From contig CM059431.1 of NCBI GenBank assembly GCA_030390025.1, positions 117,616,001-117,680,000 of the forward strand: a stretch of 64,000 nucleotides of DNA, read 5' to 3'. This DNA is from Squalus acanthias. Its lineage: Eukaryota. Positions 24,566 through 36,906 of this stretch are shown in pieces; position 1 is the first letter of the stretch; each line of letters opens with the position of its first letter. A model generated the notes under the pieces. The model was not told the origin of the DNA. It made no database searches and saw nothing but the letters and a program-made list of their open reading frames with translations. Position numbers and translations under genes: made by a program.

Positions 24566-26019
24566 ATGGCTGATCCCAGTCCCAGGGAGAGAGCTCGCTA
24601 TTTCAGCAACCAGGCATTGGAGGCATTGGTCGCAGCAGTCGAAAGAAGGAGAGCAGTGCTGTTCCCGGCCACTGGCAGGAGGCCATTGCCCCAGGTCTTC
24701 AGGGCAATGTGGAGGGAAGTGGCCCAAGACGTCTCGGTCAGCAGTGTCGTCCTCAGGACCCTCACACAGTGCCGTAAAAAATTCAACGACCTCACTCAGG
24801 TGGTCAGGGTGAGTACATGCTTCAACAAGTCCTACATACCAGCATCTGAACCTCAGTCTGTACACACTGCACAAACCACCACACCCCCACCACTCACCCA
24901 CCAAGCATCTCCACCTACTAAATCTCACATCCACATCTCACGCTTTGCCTATAATCACAGCTATTCAACTATGGCAGGCGCATCTCCCAAACACATAGCT
25001 GCACACTCACTCACACACTTTCCTTTCTCTTGCAGGCCAAGCTGGGCCAGGTGGTGGGCGCCGTGGCTGTCGGCGACGTCGACCTGCGTGATGGCAACAA
25101 CGGTATGTTCATCCCCTCTCCGTCTCTCATCCCACTTCACCCTCACAGCACAAGCCTTTCCCACTTTCCAGCTCATTATACTGTCTGCATTCCTTGCTCC
25201 CTTCCTGCCCCCTTGCCCTCACCTTAACGTGAGTCTTGTGACTTTATGCTTTCAGGTAAACAGCAACAAGATGACCAGCCTATCCCAGTGAGAGTGAGGT
25301 GGGAGAAGAGGAGGAGGAAGAAAGCACCGCATCACTGCATGGCTCACCCGCAGGCACCACCTCAGAGTTTAGTAGAGGGGTCTGCACTGGGTGATGCACC
25401 AGGGACGAGCGGGCTACAGCAAGGCCAGGGGGAAAGGGTAGCTTGGGAGCCAGCTCCCCAGAGGGTGAGTTCACACGCGAGTTCTGCTGAACAGGACTCA
25501 GATGAGGACCTCGATGGGGAGGTGTTCACAAGAAGGGTGATGGGCATGCACACCGAGATCATAGGTGCAATGACAAGGGTGCCCGAGAGCCTGTCGGCAA
25601 TGGTAAGGAGCGTGGAAGAGTCCGCCTCCAACATTGCACAGAGCTCTGCGCACACCATGGAGCCCATCTTTGGCAGTCTGCAAAGGATGGTGGACTCCCT
25701 GAGAGACCGTGGGGACCCAGACATCATGCCGCGTGTCATGGGTGATGTGGCAGCATCCATTGTAACACAGACGGAAGCCACCCAACGTCTTAGTGCTGTA
25801 ATGCAGTCAATGGTTGCTGCCATCGAGTCTCAGACCACTCTCATGCAGTCTCAGCTTGATGCCACAAAAGCTCTGACTGCTGCCATCGTCGCTGGGCCCC
25901 CCACAGTCCACCGGGGATCTCACAGTGTTGCAGCAGGCCAGCAATCTGTGCTCCAGCAGATTGGTAGTGTTGATGAGGTGCTGCCCCGGGGGAGTGGCAG
26001 TGGGTCAGTGGAGCAGTAA
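24566..26019 (+). pseudogene. Family II Myb/SANT-like gene (exons 24566-24808, 25036-25102, 25256-26019); spliced frame open for 357 aa
   Basis: MADPSPRERARYFSNQALEALV...WREVA...QCRKKFNDL with canonical splice sites. The stop at 26017-26019 is premature relative to the copy at 38200. Confidence 0.85.
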
Positions 26020-26233
26020 CCTGCTGTCCTCTCTCAGGATGATAGCATTCCTGATCCCACCACTGGCACTCCAGCATTGCCCTTGTTGCTCCTGCCATCC
26101 AGCCATGCCAGAGTACCGCCACCCAGCCTGAGGCAGTGCAGTTTACAGCCAGGCCTTCCAGGCTCAGAGCTGGTTGAGGGCGTCCTGCAAGGCCATCTGT
26201 TGTCTCTGGCACTGACACTCAGCAGCCTTCCAC

Positions 26234-27515
26234 TGAAGGGATAATTACAAGTCCTAGCCCTTTCGGACTACCCCAGACCAGGTGTATTCCCCAGACGTTT
26301 ACCTTCAACTAAAGTTAGCGGTAGTTGGATCCCATAAGACATTTAATTGGGTCTAAAGGTCAGACTACCTCTCCCTAAAGGAAAGACATGGTCTAAAGAT
26401 GTTACCGTCCTCCGGATAGTATTTTTAATTAAGTTTAACTAGACTGTAACCTTCCGGATATTATAAGGGTCCGGAATACGCCCCAGAATTCTGCACCTCC
26501 TTTGAGTGTACAGAAATTGCGTTTGCAAGATGATACAGAAATACTCTTTGAGATTATTCTAATACTGTATAGATTTATTAAAGAACCGACAATTATGTAA
26601 CATTTATTATGGCAATCGCGACTTTAACTGTTCAAAATACAAATAGCTTACATTTCTTATCAGAGATCCTTATTCTCAAATCTTAACTTCATTACATTTC
26701 CACACTTCTACTTATTTCTTAATCCAGAATATCCACCAAAATCAAATAAGAGTACCTTGATCCCCGAGACTCAAAAGTTAAAAACTTACAGAGAATTGTC
26801 TGTTAAGTTGAGAAACGCTTGCCTTCTCAACGACTTCTGACTTTCTGTTTGAAAAGGTCTATTTTTATATCTTTTTTGGGTGGTTTATCCTTTGAAGTTT
26901 TCCTAATGATGTAAGCTTAATTGTATCAAGTCATTCTTTGCTGACTTTGTTCTATTCTTTATTGATATCTCTGTTGAATGCTTTTACTGTCAATTTAGCC
27001 ATTGCATGCATAATTATGTCTCTACCTTAGATGTTTCAAAAACCATCATAAACACAATGACAGCAATGGTTTCTGTTTGATGCAATTCTTAGGAAGTCTT
27101 TCTATTGAATTTCTAATACTACTTTAACTGGTTATTATCAGTCATTGTGACTCCGTGGTATTCCAAGTTCAATACAAGAACAATGTAATTGCTTGGTGCA
27201 TCCATTGAAGTAATATTTTCAAAGTCGTCTTGTTTGTGTACTTTTTATAACTTGTAAATACTTTATCTAGGGTGTTCCATACATTTCTTATTTACTTCAA
27301 TTGGTTTTTATCAGACCTTGGGACTCCATATTTCAAGCTTAACATTAAAACTATTTGTTCAGCGGGCGTTTCTTTTACTTGATGTCATTTTACTTGTTTG
27401 CAGCCTGTGTCTGCTAAGGCTTATGTCTTTTAAACCCAGTATGTCATTTATTAATAATTTCAGAAATCTGTTTTTAGTATCGTGTATTTTTCTGAATCCT
27501 GGCTATTCCTTCACA
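26234..27515 (-). mobile_element. Solo LTR (1282 bp)
   Basis: TG...CA ends (TGAAGG.../...CCTTCACA) and CCAC TSD. The minus strand has ATATAAAAA (26870) upstream of AATAAA (26579). The host sequence rejoins across it. Confidence 0.82.
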
Positions 27516-27772
27516 CCACCAGCTCTGCTGCAGCCGCTGGGGACAGACTACATAGGAGCAGTAGTTGAGGAAAAGGCACTGTAAAGAGGGGAAGTAAGGG
27601 TTTGCACAATGGTGATTAGTTAATATTGTTGTTGTATATATGTGTTTACTGAATGTTGATAAATTTATTAATGGAATTTTGCTGATTTTCTGTTGTCTCT
27701 CATTTCAGCTTTGCGCTGTGACATGGCAAGCGAAATGGATGGAATGATGGGGATATAGATCTGGGGTAGAAT

Positions 27773-28748
27773 TTATTGGAACCGCAGTCTGATGAGGCGG
27801 TCACGGACCGCCCTTCCAGAAGGCCGATTGAGTGGCTACCTCCTCCCTCGCTGCTGTTCCTCCTCCTCCTCATCCTCCTTGTCCTCCTCCTCTCTCTCTT
27901 CCTCCTCCTGAGGTGGTCCCGCTATGCCTGGTGGCAATGGCTCGGCCCTTATGATGGCCAAGTTGTGCAGCATGCAGCAGACCACGACAAAAAGGGACAC
28001 CCGCTCATCTGAGTGCTGGAGGGCTCCTCCCGAGCGGTCAAGGCAACGGAACTGTTGCTTGAGCACTCCGATGGACTGCTCGATGATGTTCTTGGTGGCG
28101 GCAATGCTCTCATTATATGAGTAGTGTTGGGGTTGCGGAGGGGTGTCATGAGCCAGGTGGAGAGCAGATAGCCCTTGTCTCCAACCAGCCAACCGTGAGC
28201 TTGATGTGGTGGCTGGAAGATTGCTGGCACACTAGTCTGGCGTAGGGTGAAGGCATCAAGGCTGCTGCCAGGATAGCGGGCAATGATGGTGAGGATTCAC
28301 TGTCTGTGGTCGCACACCAACTGCACATTAAGTGAGTGGCATCCTTTGCGGTTACGGAATACCTCAGGATTGTTATGGGATGCCCGCAAAGCCACGTGGG
28401 TGCAGTCAATGGCGCCTTGCACCATGAGGAAGCCCGCTTTCCTGGCAAAGCCACATGCACGCTTGTCCTGCTTCTCTCTGGTGATGGGGAAGGAAATGTA
28501 GTCCATTCTCCTTCTGTAGAAAGCCTCTGTGACCTTCCGAATGCAGCAATGGACGGCAAATGGCGGAGCCTCCTAAGACACTGGTCCTCAGTTAAATTTA
28601 TGTCGGAGAAGTGTTCCCGGAATACCCTGGGAGGGTAAGGCCTCCTGTTGACAGCCCTTTTGATCCTCCTCCCTCTGGCCACATTTTCCAATCTTTGTCT
28701 CTGCTTCCAATGCTGGAGGGCGGGGTCGAGTGACAGTACAGCCCCCAT
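27773..28748 (-). pseudogene. Harbinger DDE transposase, frameshifted and internally deleted
   Basis: [52 protein letters not shown], acidic tail. Confidence 0.92.
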
Positions 28749-29299
28749 TAACGTATCCAAGTGTAGGAAGCTGAAATCTCAGCACAATGAAACTGACAAT
28801 TTTTTAGCAGCCAGAACACTCCTGAAAGTAATAAGCATTTACCTCACTGAAAACGGCTGTTTCCCTATGTTAAACTGAGAAGGCAGCATTGATTGGCGAC
28901 TAAAATGAAAGCAGATGTTGATGCCTTTAAACACCGCTCCTACAGCGGCCATCTGACTGCATCACGCCTCCTCTTCCTGCCGTTGTTCACACCAGGCGCT
29001 AAGGCAGGGGGCGGCAGTGACTTTTGCATCTGGGCCGTTAACGGGGTGTTCCACACGTGTAGACGTCATGATCTGGCAGCCGCTAAAGGCGTAGGTGCTA
29101 ACGTTATCGGCAGCGCTAAATCCCGGGTGAATGTCGTGTGCGGCGTTGGATTCGCCGCGCCCCACCGCAAAGCCCCGCCCCATTAGCGCCCCCCTCCAGG
29201 TGCTAAAGGGAGGCGCTAAAATGCCAAATTTCTCCCCCTTAAACTTTTCTAATGATACAACCCATTCCTGGGCTATAATAAATTTCTAGCCCAAAATGG

Positions 29300-31898
29300 T
29301 TAAGTAGCGTCACCTGAAAATCGTCTAAGCTGTACGCAGAATTTGTCCTCACTCCTCATTAAAATGATTGCAGTCATGATTCTCGTCTAAAAACCCAAGC
29401 TCATTGGCATTCCACTAAAAAGATGGACCAATAACGGGGGCAGTCTAAATGCAAGTAATGATTGCCACAGGCTTTTTCACTAATTAAAGGGGAGGTTCAT
29501 TGATGCTGCAGCACCTCATTTCCAGCATTGTTGGGTGTGCAGCTGCCTCAACAACCATAAGAAGAAGGACAAGGAGAAGTAGCACTTAATTACAAATCCT
29601 GATGGCAGATCACTGCCTCAGGGAGAGAGCCTGGAGGTTTTCCGATGAAGCTTTGGAGGCATTGGTTTTAGCAGTGGAGGGAGATGGGTGATCCTGTACC
29701 CGGCAACTGGCAGGTTGCCCTTGATACAAGCCTGCCGGACTATGTGGAGAGAGGTGGCAAACCATGTCACGGGCAGCACTGTGCTCTCCAGGACCCACAC
29801 CCTGTGCAGGAAGAAGTTTAATGACCAGGTGGTCAGGGTGAGTGAAGGCTTCAACAAATGCTACATACCAGCATCTGTATCACAAGCTTCACACACAGCT
29901 CAATGCACCACACCACCAGCACTCACCCACCAACAATATCTATCTAGTAACACTCACACTCACATCTCACACCTTGCACACAATGTTAGCTATTCAACTA
30001 TGGCAGGCACAAAAGTCATTAGTTATTAGAATTCATGTGATATGTGTAATATGTTTGCAGATAAATTTATTAATTATGTCTGGAATATTTTGTGGTCTCT
30101 CTCATTTCACCTTTGCACCCAGGTGGACGCTGTGATCTGGCGTGAGACAGAGATTGTATGATGGGGATGTGGTGAACTATGAGAATCTGGGCTTTAATTC
30201 ATGCAATTTGGAGACTGATAAGCTGGTCATGGACAGCCCATCCGGAAGGCCGATTGTCTCGCTGCCTCCGCCCTCCCTCCTGTTCCTCCTCTTCCTCGTC
30301 CTCCTCCTCCTCATCCTCTTCCTCCTTGTCCTCCTCATCCTCTTCCTCCTCGTCCTCCTCCTCCTCATCCTTCTCTGCCTCGTCATCCTCCTGACGTTGT
30401 CCCGCAATCCCTACTGGCAAGGGCTGCGTTCTCATGATGGTCAAGTTGTGGGGCATGCAGCAGACCACGATGAAATGTGACACCCGCTTCGGCGAATACT
30501 GGAGGGCTCCTCCCGAGTGGTCGAGGCAGTGGAATCATTGCTTCAATAGGCCAATGGTCTTCTCAATGATGTTCCTGGTGGCAGCATGGCTCTCATTATA
30601 TGAGTGCTGGGCACGAGTTTTGGGAGTTGTGGAGGGGAATCATGAGCCAGGTGGAGAGCGGATAGCCCTTGTCTCTGAGCAGCCATCTGCGAGCTTGACG
30701 TGGTGGTTGGAAGAGTGCTGGCACACCCGTCTGACACAGGATGAAGGCATCGTGGCTGCTGCCAGGATAGCAAGCATTGACGGTGAGGATTCGCTGTGTG
30801 TGGTCGCACATCAACTGCAGATTAAGTGAGTGGTAGCCTTTGCGGTTACGGAAGATCTCAAGTTTGTTTGCAGTGCCCGCAAAGCCACATGGGTGCAGCC
30901 AATAGCTCCCTGCACCATGGGGAATCCTACTATCCTGGCAAAGCCACATGCATGCTTCTCTCTGGTGATCAGGAAGCCAATGCAGTCCCTTCTCCTGCTT
31001 TAGAGAGCCTCAGTGAACTCCCAGATGCAGCGATGGATGGCGAACTGTGAGATGTTGGATATGTCTCCTGCTGCAGCCTGGAAGGATCTGCTGGCAAAGA
31101 AATTGAGGGTTACGGTGACCTTGACTGCCACTGGGAGAGCCATGGTCACCCTAATGTGAGGCTGGAGGTCTGTTTGCAGGAGGTGGCAGAGTTCTGTGAC
31201 CACCTCCTTGATGAAGTAGTGCCTCCTAATACACTGCTCCTCGCTTAATTGAAGGTAGGAGAAGTGATATCGAAAGACCCTCGGAGAGTAAGGCCTCCTG
31301 TTGAGAGCCCTGATGGCCCTCCTCTTCCCTCTGCACACATGTTCCCATCTTTCTCGCTGCCTCCGCTCCCTCTGCCGTAGATCCTGGAGGATGAGATCCA
31401 CTGCCAGTACAGCCCCCATGACTTTTAGCAAGTGTTGTAGGTTGAAGCTTTTCAGAAATAATTATGGAGTTTTGTAGTTGCCACAACGCTCCCTGATATC
31501 AATGAACCTTGAAATTAATAAAGAAAACTCTTCCAGTAGTAGGAAGTAGCACACAGCCACTCAAACTTCAAAAACCTGTCAGGTCCGAGTGATTGGTGAT
31601 GATCCCTTTAAATAGCGTCTCTGGAGCTGGCGTCCGGCTGCTGCACGCCAGCTGAAGTTAATTGGCTGAAATGAAGTTGGATGAGTGGGCTTCAAGTGAG
31701 CGTTGCACACTCACTGATGTCACGATCTCCATGATGGCGAGGTCCCTGGCGATCACGTTCAGCGGCAACGCTACCGATCAACACCGATATGGCATGCGGC
31801 GCTGGAACCAGAATCAGGTGGCGTTAAACCTCTCAATGGCATCTTAGCGCCATCTTGTGGCGCTAACGTGTGGCGCAAACCACATGAATTTCTCCCCC
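29300..31898. mobile_element. Harbinger family II element (copy B): transposase plus Myb exon 1 only
   Basis: Right TIR GAATTTCTCCCCC; Myb exon 1 at 29602-29837; left end eroded. Confidence 0.8.
30199..31419 (-). pseudogene. Harbinger DDE transposase
   Basis: ALPVAVKVTVTLNFFAS, NRKGYHSLNLQLMCD, YPGSSHDAF, DKGYPL, long E/D tail; frameshifted. Confidence 0.92.
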
Positions 31899-33431
31899 AA
31901 AATGTCTTCATTAGTTTTTCAATATTAATGCTCCATATAAAAAAATGCCTTATATTGGGCAATCTATAACATTGTATTGGGTAAACATAACTTGCAAATA
32001 GAAATCCAAGGCATTATTATTCTCCAATAATTTAGTGACTGACTTGCCAAAATATTCTTGGTAGATGCTCTGCATTAAAATTCATTTTCTAAGTCTTTCC
32101 ATTATCGTTTATAGTGGGTGTGGCTATCTTTAATGGCAGCAATTTGAGCTAGTTACCCATGCATAAATATGAGACATTGTCTAATCTATATTCCAGGCTT
32201 CGGATAGGGATAGTAAATATTTCACCCTCACTGCCATGCGACCTAGGTTCCAAACTGTAGGCGATGCAGACAGCTGAACTAATTGCATGTGTTTGAGCTA
32301 AGAACCGTTGTGCAACCAATGATTCGTTCACCCATTTATAATAGCTTACATAATGAAGGAGAATGAAGGAAAATATGGGCAGTGAGGCCTGCTGCCGCTT
32401 CACCACTTTACCTGTACGCCCCTCTGCCTCCTCCTGTCGGGTCCATTGCTGGCCTCTCCTTAACCGTCCAATGCATTTAAATGGCAGTGAAGGGTGGGGC
32501 CCAGATCCCCAATGGATCTCCCTCCTCTCAGCCTGTGTTATTGCTACTTCTTGGGGCCGCCAAGGGGGAGTTGGTTATCGGCCCCAGAAAGCGGTGATAA
32601 TGGCCCTGAGATTCCCCATGTGGAGGGGCAGGTCCTCAACACTTACCTGAAGGCTCTGGTCTCGACTGCGAACTTCAATAGGACATTCATTTCAGTCTTT
32701 GGGGGCGCTTTTGCTCCTTTACGTTCCTCGTTAGTTCTTCTGTTACTGCAGCAGTATCCCTTCTGATCAAGATCCTGTTCTGCATACTGGTGGGCCACTT
32801 GCTTAGCAATGGGAATCCCACCAAAAAGCCCAGCATGCATCTGTGACAAGCCCTGACCCAGGAAAATGGGATCAGGGTTGGGGAAGATTCAGGGAGTGGA
32901 TCAGGCAGAAGTCCTGTCCTGCCTGAACTCCTCCCCAAAGAGGAGAATTCCAGCCAAGTTGATCTAAAAGATTGAATGAACACTTTTGTTCTGATCTTGC
33001 ATTGCCATAGTGATGAACTTCAGTACAGAAGCTATATGAGGGAACCGTCTTCGGAATGAAGTGCTTGTAGATTTTGATTAACAGCTTTTCTGGAACAAAC
33101 CCAAGTACACGTGAGGATTCAGTATCAGATTTCTCCTTTTTTAAGTTTGATCTTCTTCCCCAGCAATTTAATTCCTATAAAATCTCTGTGTGTCATTTGC
33201 AGAAATATATTGAAAAATTACATAAAAGCTGCATTGATGAAAGGTAGATCTTTTACGCTCTGTTTCCCAGCACTCAGGATTCACTAGTTTGATTCTGTTC
33301 TCTCTGGTTTTATGTTGCAGTAGAACCTGTTCATTACTGATGAAATAGTAAGTATAACTACCTCAAAATGCAATTAAAGCAACATGTCCCTACTTATCTT
33401 TTAATTTAAATCTGAAGATTGCATTTTGGTG

Positions 33432-33719
33432 TTAAGACCAAACTGTAGAAGGTATACATCGATGAGGCTGGATGAAAGGGCACACTACGTCATCAATATA
33501 CAGGATAATTTGGCAGTTCTTCAGTTTACCAATGTCTTGGAAATCAGTAGGATATGTCAATAACATTTGAGTTAAATGACTGCTACTGACATTGCAGAGC
33601 ACTAAGTTAAATTTGAGGGATTTTGCAGTGTTGTAGCTAAGTAGAGATGCCATTGATTGAGGCTCTTACGTGAAATCTGATGGTTAGGCATCGTCTTTGG
33701 ACTGTAACTAAGACTCAGT
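33432..33719 (-). pseudogene. Gypsy-like pol remnant (protease-RT linker)
   Basis: SLLSYNTAKSL...FQDIGKLKNCQIILYIDD.V.PFIQPHRCIP resembles the linker upstream of Ty3/Gypsy RT. Confidence 0.6.
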
Positions 33720-34029
33720 GGGCTAGAAATTCGTTATAGCCAAGGAATGGGCGGAGTCAGTAGAAAAGTTGGAGAATTAGCACCAGGTGGAAATGCTTTA
33801 GACTGCACGCAAAATTCATGCTCACTGCTCAATAAAATAATTGGAGTCCTAAATCAAGTCTTAAAGCCCAAGCTCATTGGCATTACACTTAAAGGGTGTA
33901 CCAATATTGGATGCAGACTAACCGCAACTCATTATTTCCACAGTTTTTTTTTCAATACTTAAAGGGGAGGTTCATTGATGCTGCAGCACCTCATTCTCAG
34001 CATTGCTGGCTGTGTAGCTGCCTCAGCGA

Positions 34030-34108
34030 GCATGAGCGTGAGCATGAGCGGGAGTGGGAGTTGGAGCATGAGCAGGAGCAGGAGCAGGAGCAAGAGCAGG
34101 AGCAGGAG
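34030..34108 (+). repeat. Degenerate (CAGGAG/CATGAG)n hexamer repeat in the Myb 5' leader
   Basis: Direct reading. Confidence 0.75.
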
Positions 34109-34543
34109 ACCAGGTGCAGGAGACCAGGTGCGCTCATGGCAGGTCCATGCCCCAGGGAGAGAGCCCACGGATTCTCTAATGAAGCATTGGAGGCATTGGT
34201 TTTTGCTGTGGAGAGACGGAGGGCGGTGCTCTACCCGATAAGTGGCAGGTGGCCCTCGTCACAAGTCTTCCACACCATGTGGAGGGAGGTAGTGCAGCAC
34301 ATCTTGAGCAGCACTGTGCAGGAAGAAATTTAATGACCTCACTCGCATGGTCAGTGTGAGTGAATACTTCAACAAATGCTACATACCACTATCTGTACCA
34401 CAATCTTCACACGCTGCCCAAGCCACCACACCCCAGCACTCACCCACCAACAATCTCCACCTACCAACACTCACACCCACATCTCACACCTTGCCTACAA
34501 TGACAGCTATTCAACTATGGCAGGCACATCACCCAAATACATG

Positions 34544-36292
34544 GGCCGCGATTTTGCCGGCACTCAGAGGGCGGGTTCAGAGGCAGGTCCGCTGTCAATA
34601 TCGAAATGATTGAAAGCAGATTGGGAACCTGCTCCGAACCCGCCTCCATGCCTTGATTGCAGAACAGATCCGATGCCAAGCGGCGGGGGAGGCATTTAAG
34701 ATGGTTAAATGCTTGTTAACTACTATTTTGCCAGCCTATTTCTATTTTGCCACTTTTTTAACGAGGTTCACATAATTCAGAGATCACGTCAGGTAAGTAG
34801 GTTAGGGTTCTCTATGTCTCCCCATTGCTGTGAATAGGTGACAGCTGCAAAAGTGGTATGAAAGCTACCATTTCACAGCCGTTCACTTTCTAATGTCGGA
34901 AGCTTGAGCCTTCAGGACTTGGAAGACACTTTTGAGCTGTATGCAGTTTCGAAGTGTTTGGAGTAAATTCTCTAGCCACTGTCACCTGCTTGGAGCAAGC
35001 TCTGTCACCATTGACAGATCGCTTCTGTCATCTCAACTTCAGCTGCCGTCTATTCCAGCAACATCGGCGCCCTTGAAAAAAATCTCACCTTGGTCCTCTG
35101 AATCCCTCCACAATCAGCCCCAACACCAACATCACCAGGCACACCAACATCACCAACAACAATATCAAACTTCTCCACAATCGCCTGATGCTGCACAGGG
35201 TATCAGCACCCAACAACATTGATGCCTGGGAGGCCAGCGATGGCATCACCTTGGCCAGATTTACTTCACTTGATGCTGCACATCTTGGCTGCCACATGAT
35301 GTGCCAGGTTGGCACCACCTCACACCAGCACCATAAAGCATCCCTATAATATCCAAGACATTCCTTTCACACTCATCACAATTGTGGGAGGGGGAGTTAT
35401 GTCTCAACATTCACTGGAACACACTAAGACACTTCCAAAGGTGAGCACAGATCTGTCCAATAAGGTAAAGTGTTAAAAATAAAGATTTCAATGTTTGACA
35501 ACAAATTAACAGAAAATTTACATGAACATTGCATAAAACACGTAAGTTCCTACCCTTGTGTGTTGTTAATTGTTATGATTCCATTAGGATGAGGGTGAGT
35601 GTGAGGGGTGGCTACTGAGATGGTGAAGTGATAATGTAGATAGAGAGGGATGGGTGGAGGTGCAAGGTAAGTTGGTGTGAGAAGGATGTGCAAGAGTAGG
35701 GTAGGGAGGCAGAGTGATGGGGATGTGATGAGTGGCATAGCAGGATAAAGTTGGGTGTGGATTTGCAGTAACGATTCATGATCTACTGAGATCAATGAAA
35801 GTTTTGTGCCACTGCAGCCTGGTCCTCCTGACGACATCCCTGCTTGTGTCCTCCTGTGCAATGTGCAACCAGGCTGTGTTGGTGCCCTGAGGAGGTCTCT
35901 TCTGTCCATGGGAAGGGAAGAGAACCTCCCTGTGTGCTGTAACTCCCTCCATAAGCATATGGAGGGAGTCATGGGAGAGCCTGGGTGCAGCCGTGCACCT
36001 TTGTGCAGTGCTTGTCAGTGTTTGCAGCACCTCAATGCTGTAGAACAGTGACAGAATAACTGTCAAAATGAATATAGCCATGGTCCCTTTAAGGAAACCG
36101 GCTGATGACACGTCATCAAATGACGTCATTAGACCCGTTCCTTTTAATTGGCCGGGAACCTCGCAGGGCTGGCTTAACAAGCCCAATCTACATAAAATCC
36201 TTTTCAGAGAGCGGCTGGAGCTGGGATCGGGACTGGGACCCGCCAATGACCTCTCCTGCCATGATCCTGCCTCCGATGGCGAAATCGCGGCC
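34544..36292. mobile_element. Harbinger family I deletion derivative nested in the Myb intron 1 of copy C
   Basis: TIR GGCCGCGATTT(T/C)GCC, flanks ATG/ATT; retains only the transposase termini and Myb exon 1 (-). Confidence 0.87.
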
Positions 36293-36906
36293 ATTGCCCC
36301 ACACTCATTCACACAATTTCCTTTCTCTTGCAGGCCAAGGTGGTGCACAACAGGAGGGAGCAGGAGCGCACAGGCAGGGGACAAACCGACAACCAACCAT
36401 TGTCTGCGCTGGAGAATCGACTGCTGCAAAAAATTGGGCGCCAGGTGATGGGCGCCGTGGCTGCCGGTGACGTTGACCCCCTTGGGGACAATAATGCTAT
36501 TTTCATCCCTACTCCTTCTACTCACGTCCCACTTCCCCCTCACCCCACAAGTGTTTCGCACTTTCCAGCTAATCATGCTGTGTGCATGCATTGCTCCCTT
36601 CCTGCCCCCCTCACCTTAACCTAACTATTGTGCCTTTATGCTTTCAGATAATCAGCAAGCACCTGAGCAGCCTGTCCCTGAGGGCACCGTAGAGAGCGAG
36701 GCGGGAGAAGAGAAGGAGGAACAACACAGCGCATGTCTCACCCGCAGGCACAAGCTCAAATACTGCTACTCCGCGTTCTTTAGAGGCTAGCATAGTAGCG
36801 GGATCTGCACAGGGTGAGACATCGGGTAACGAGTGGGCTGCACCAAGGCCAGGGGAAAAGGGTAGCTCAGGGGCCAGCTCCGTGGAGGTTGAGTTCGTGT
36901 ACGAGT

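Larger units (their letters stand above)
24224..29238. mobile_element. Nested two-gene Harbinger family II element
   Basis: Ends (A)GCTAGAAATTCGG and CCAAATTTCTCCCCC; convergent Myb-like (+) and transposase (-) genes. Confidence 0.85.
23091..29292. mobile_element. Harbinger family II deletion derivative (copy A), interrupted at ~24224-29238
   Basis: Left end matches the reverse complement of 31660-31898. The right end (24100-24223 plus 29241-29292, ending AATTTCTAGCCC) matches the reverse complement of 33720-33880. Confidence 0.78.

Noticed and set aside
30142..30480. Poly-Leu, poly-Ser and poly-Arg ORFs
   Set aside because: Alternative-frame and antisense readings of the transposase GAG/GAC acidic tract.
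17038..31419. Host HARBI1 / NAIF1 / MSANTD genes
   Set aside because: Multiple copies lie inside TIR/TSD-bounded elements and carry stops and frameshifts, so they are transposon genes rather than the domesticated loci.
23091..31898. A single 8.8-kb element with ~240-bp TIRs
   Set aside because: The inverted homology is the same end of two separate copies in opposite orientation; copy A has its own other end at 29292, and no shared TSD was found.
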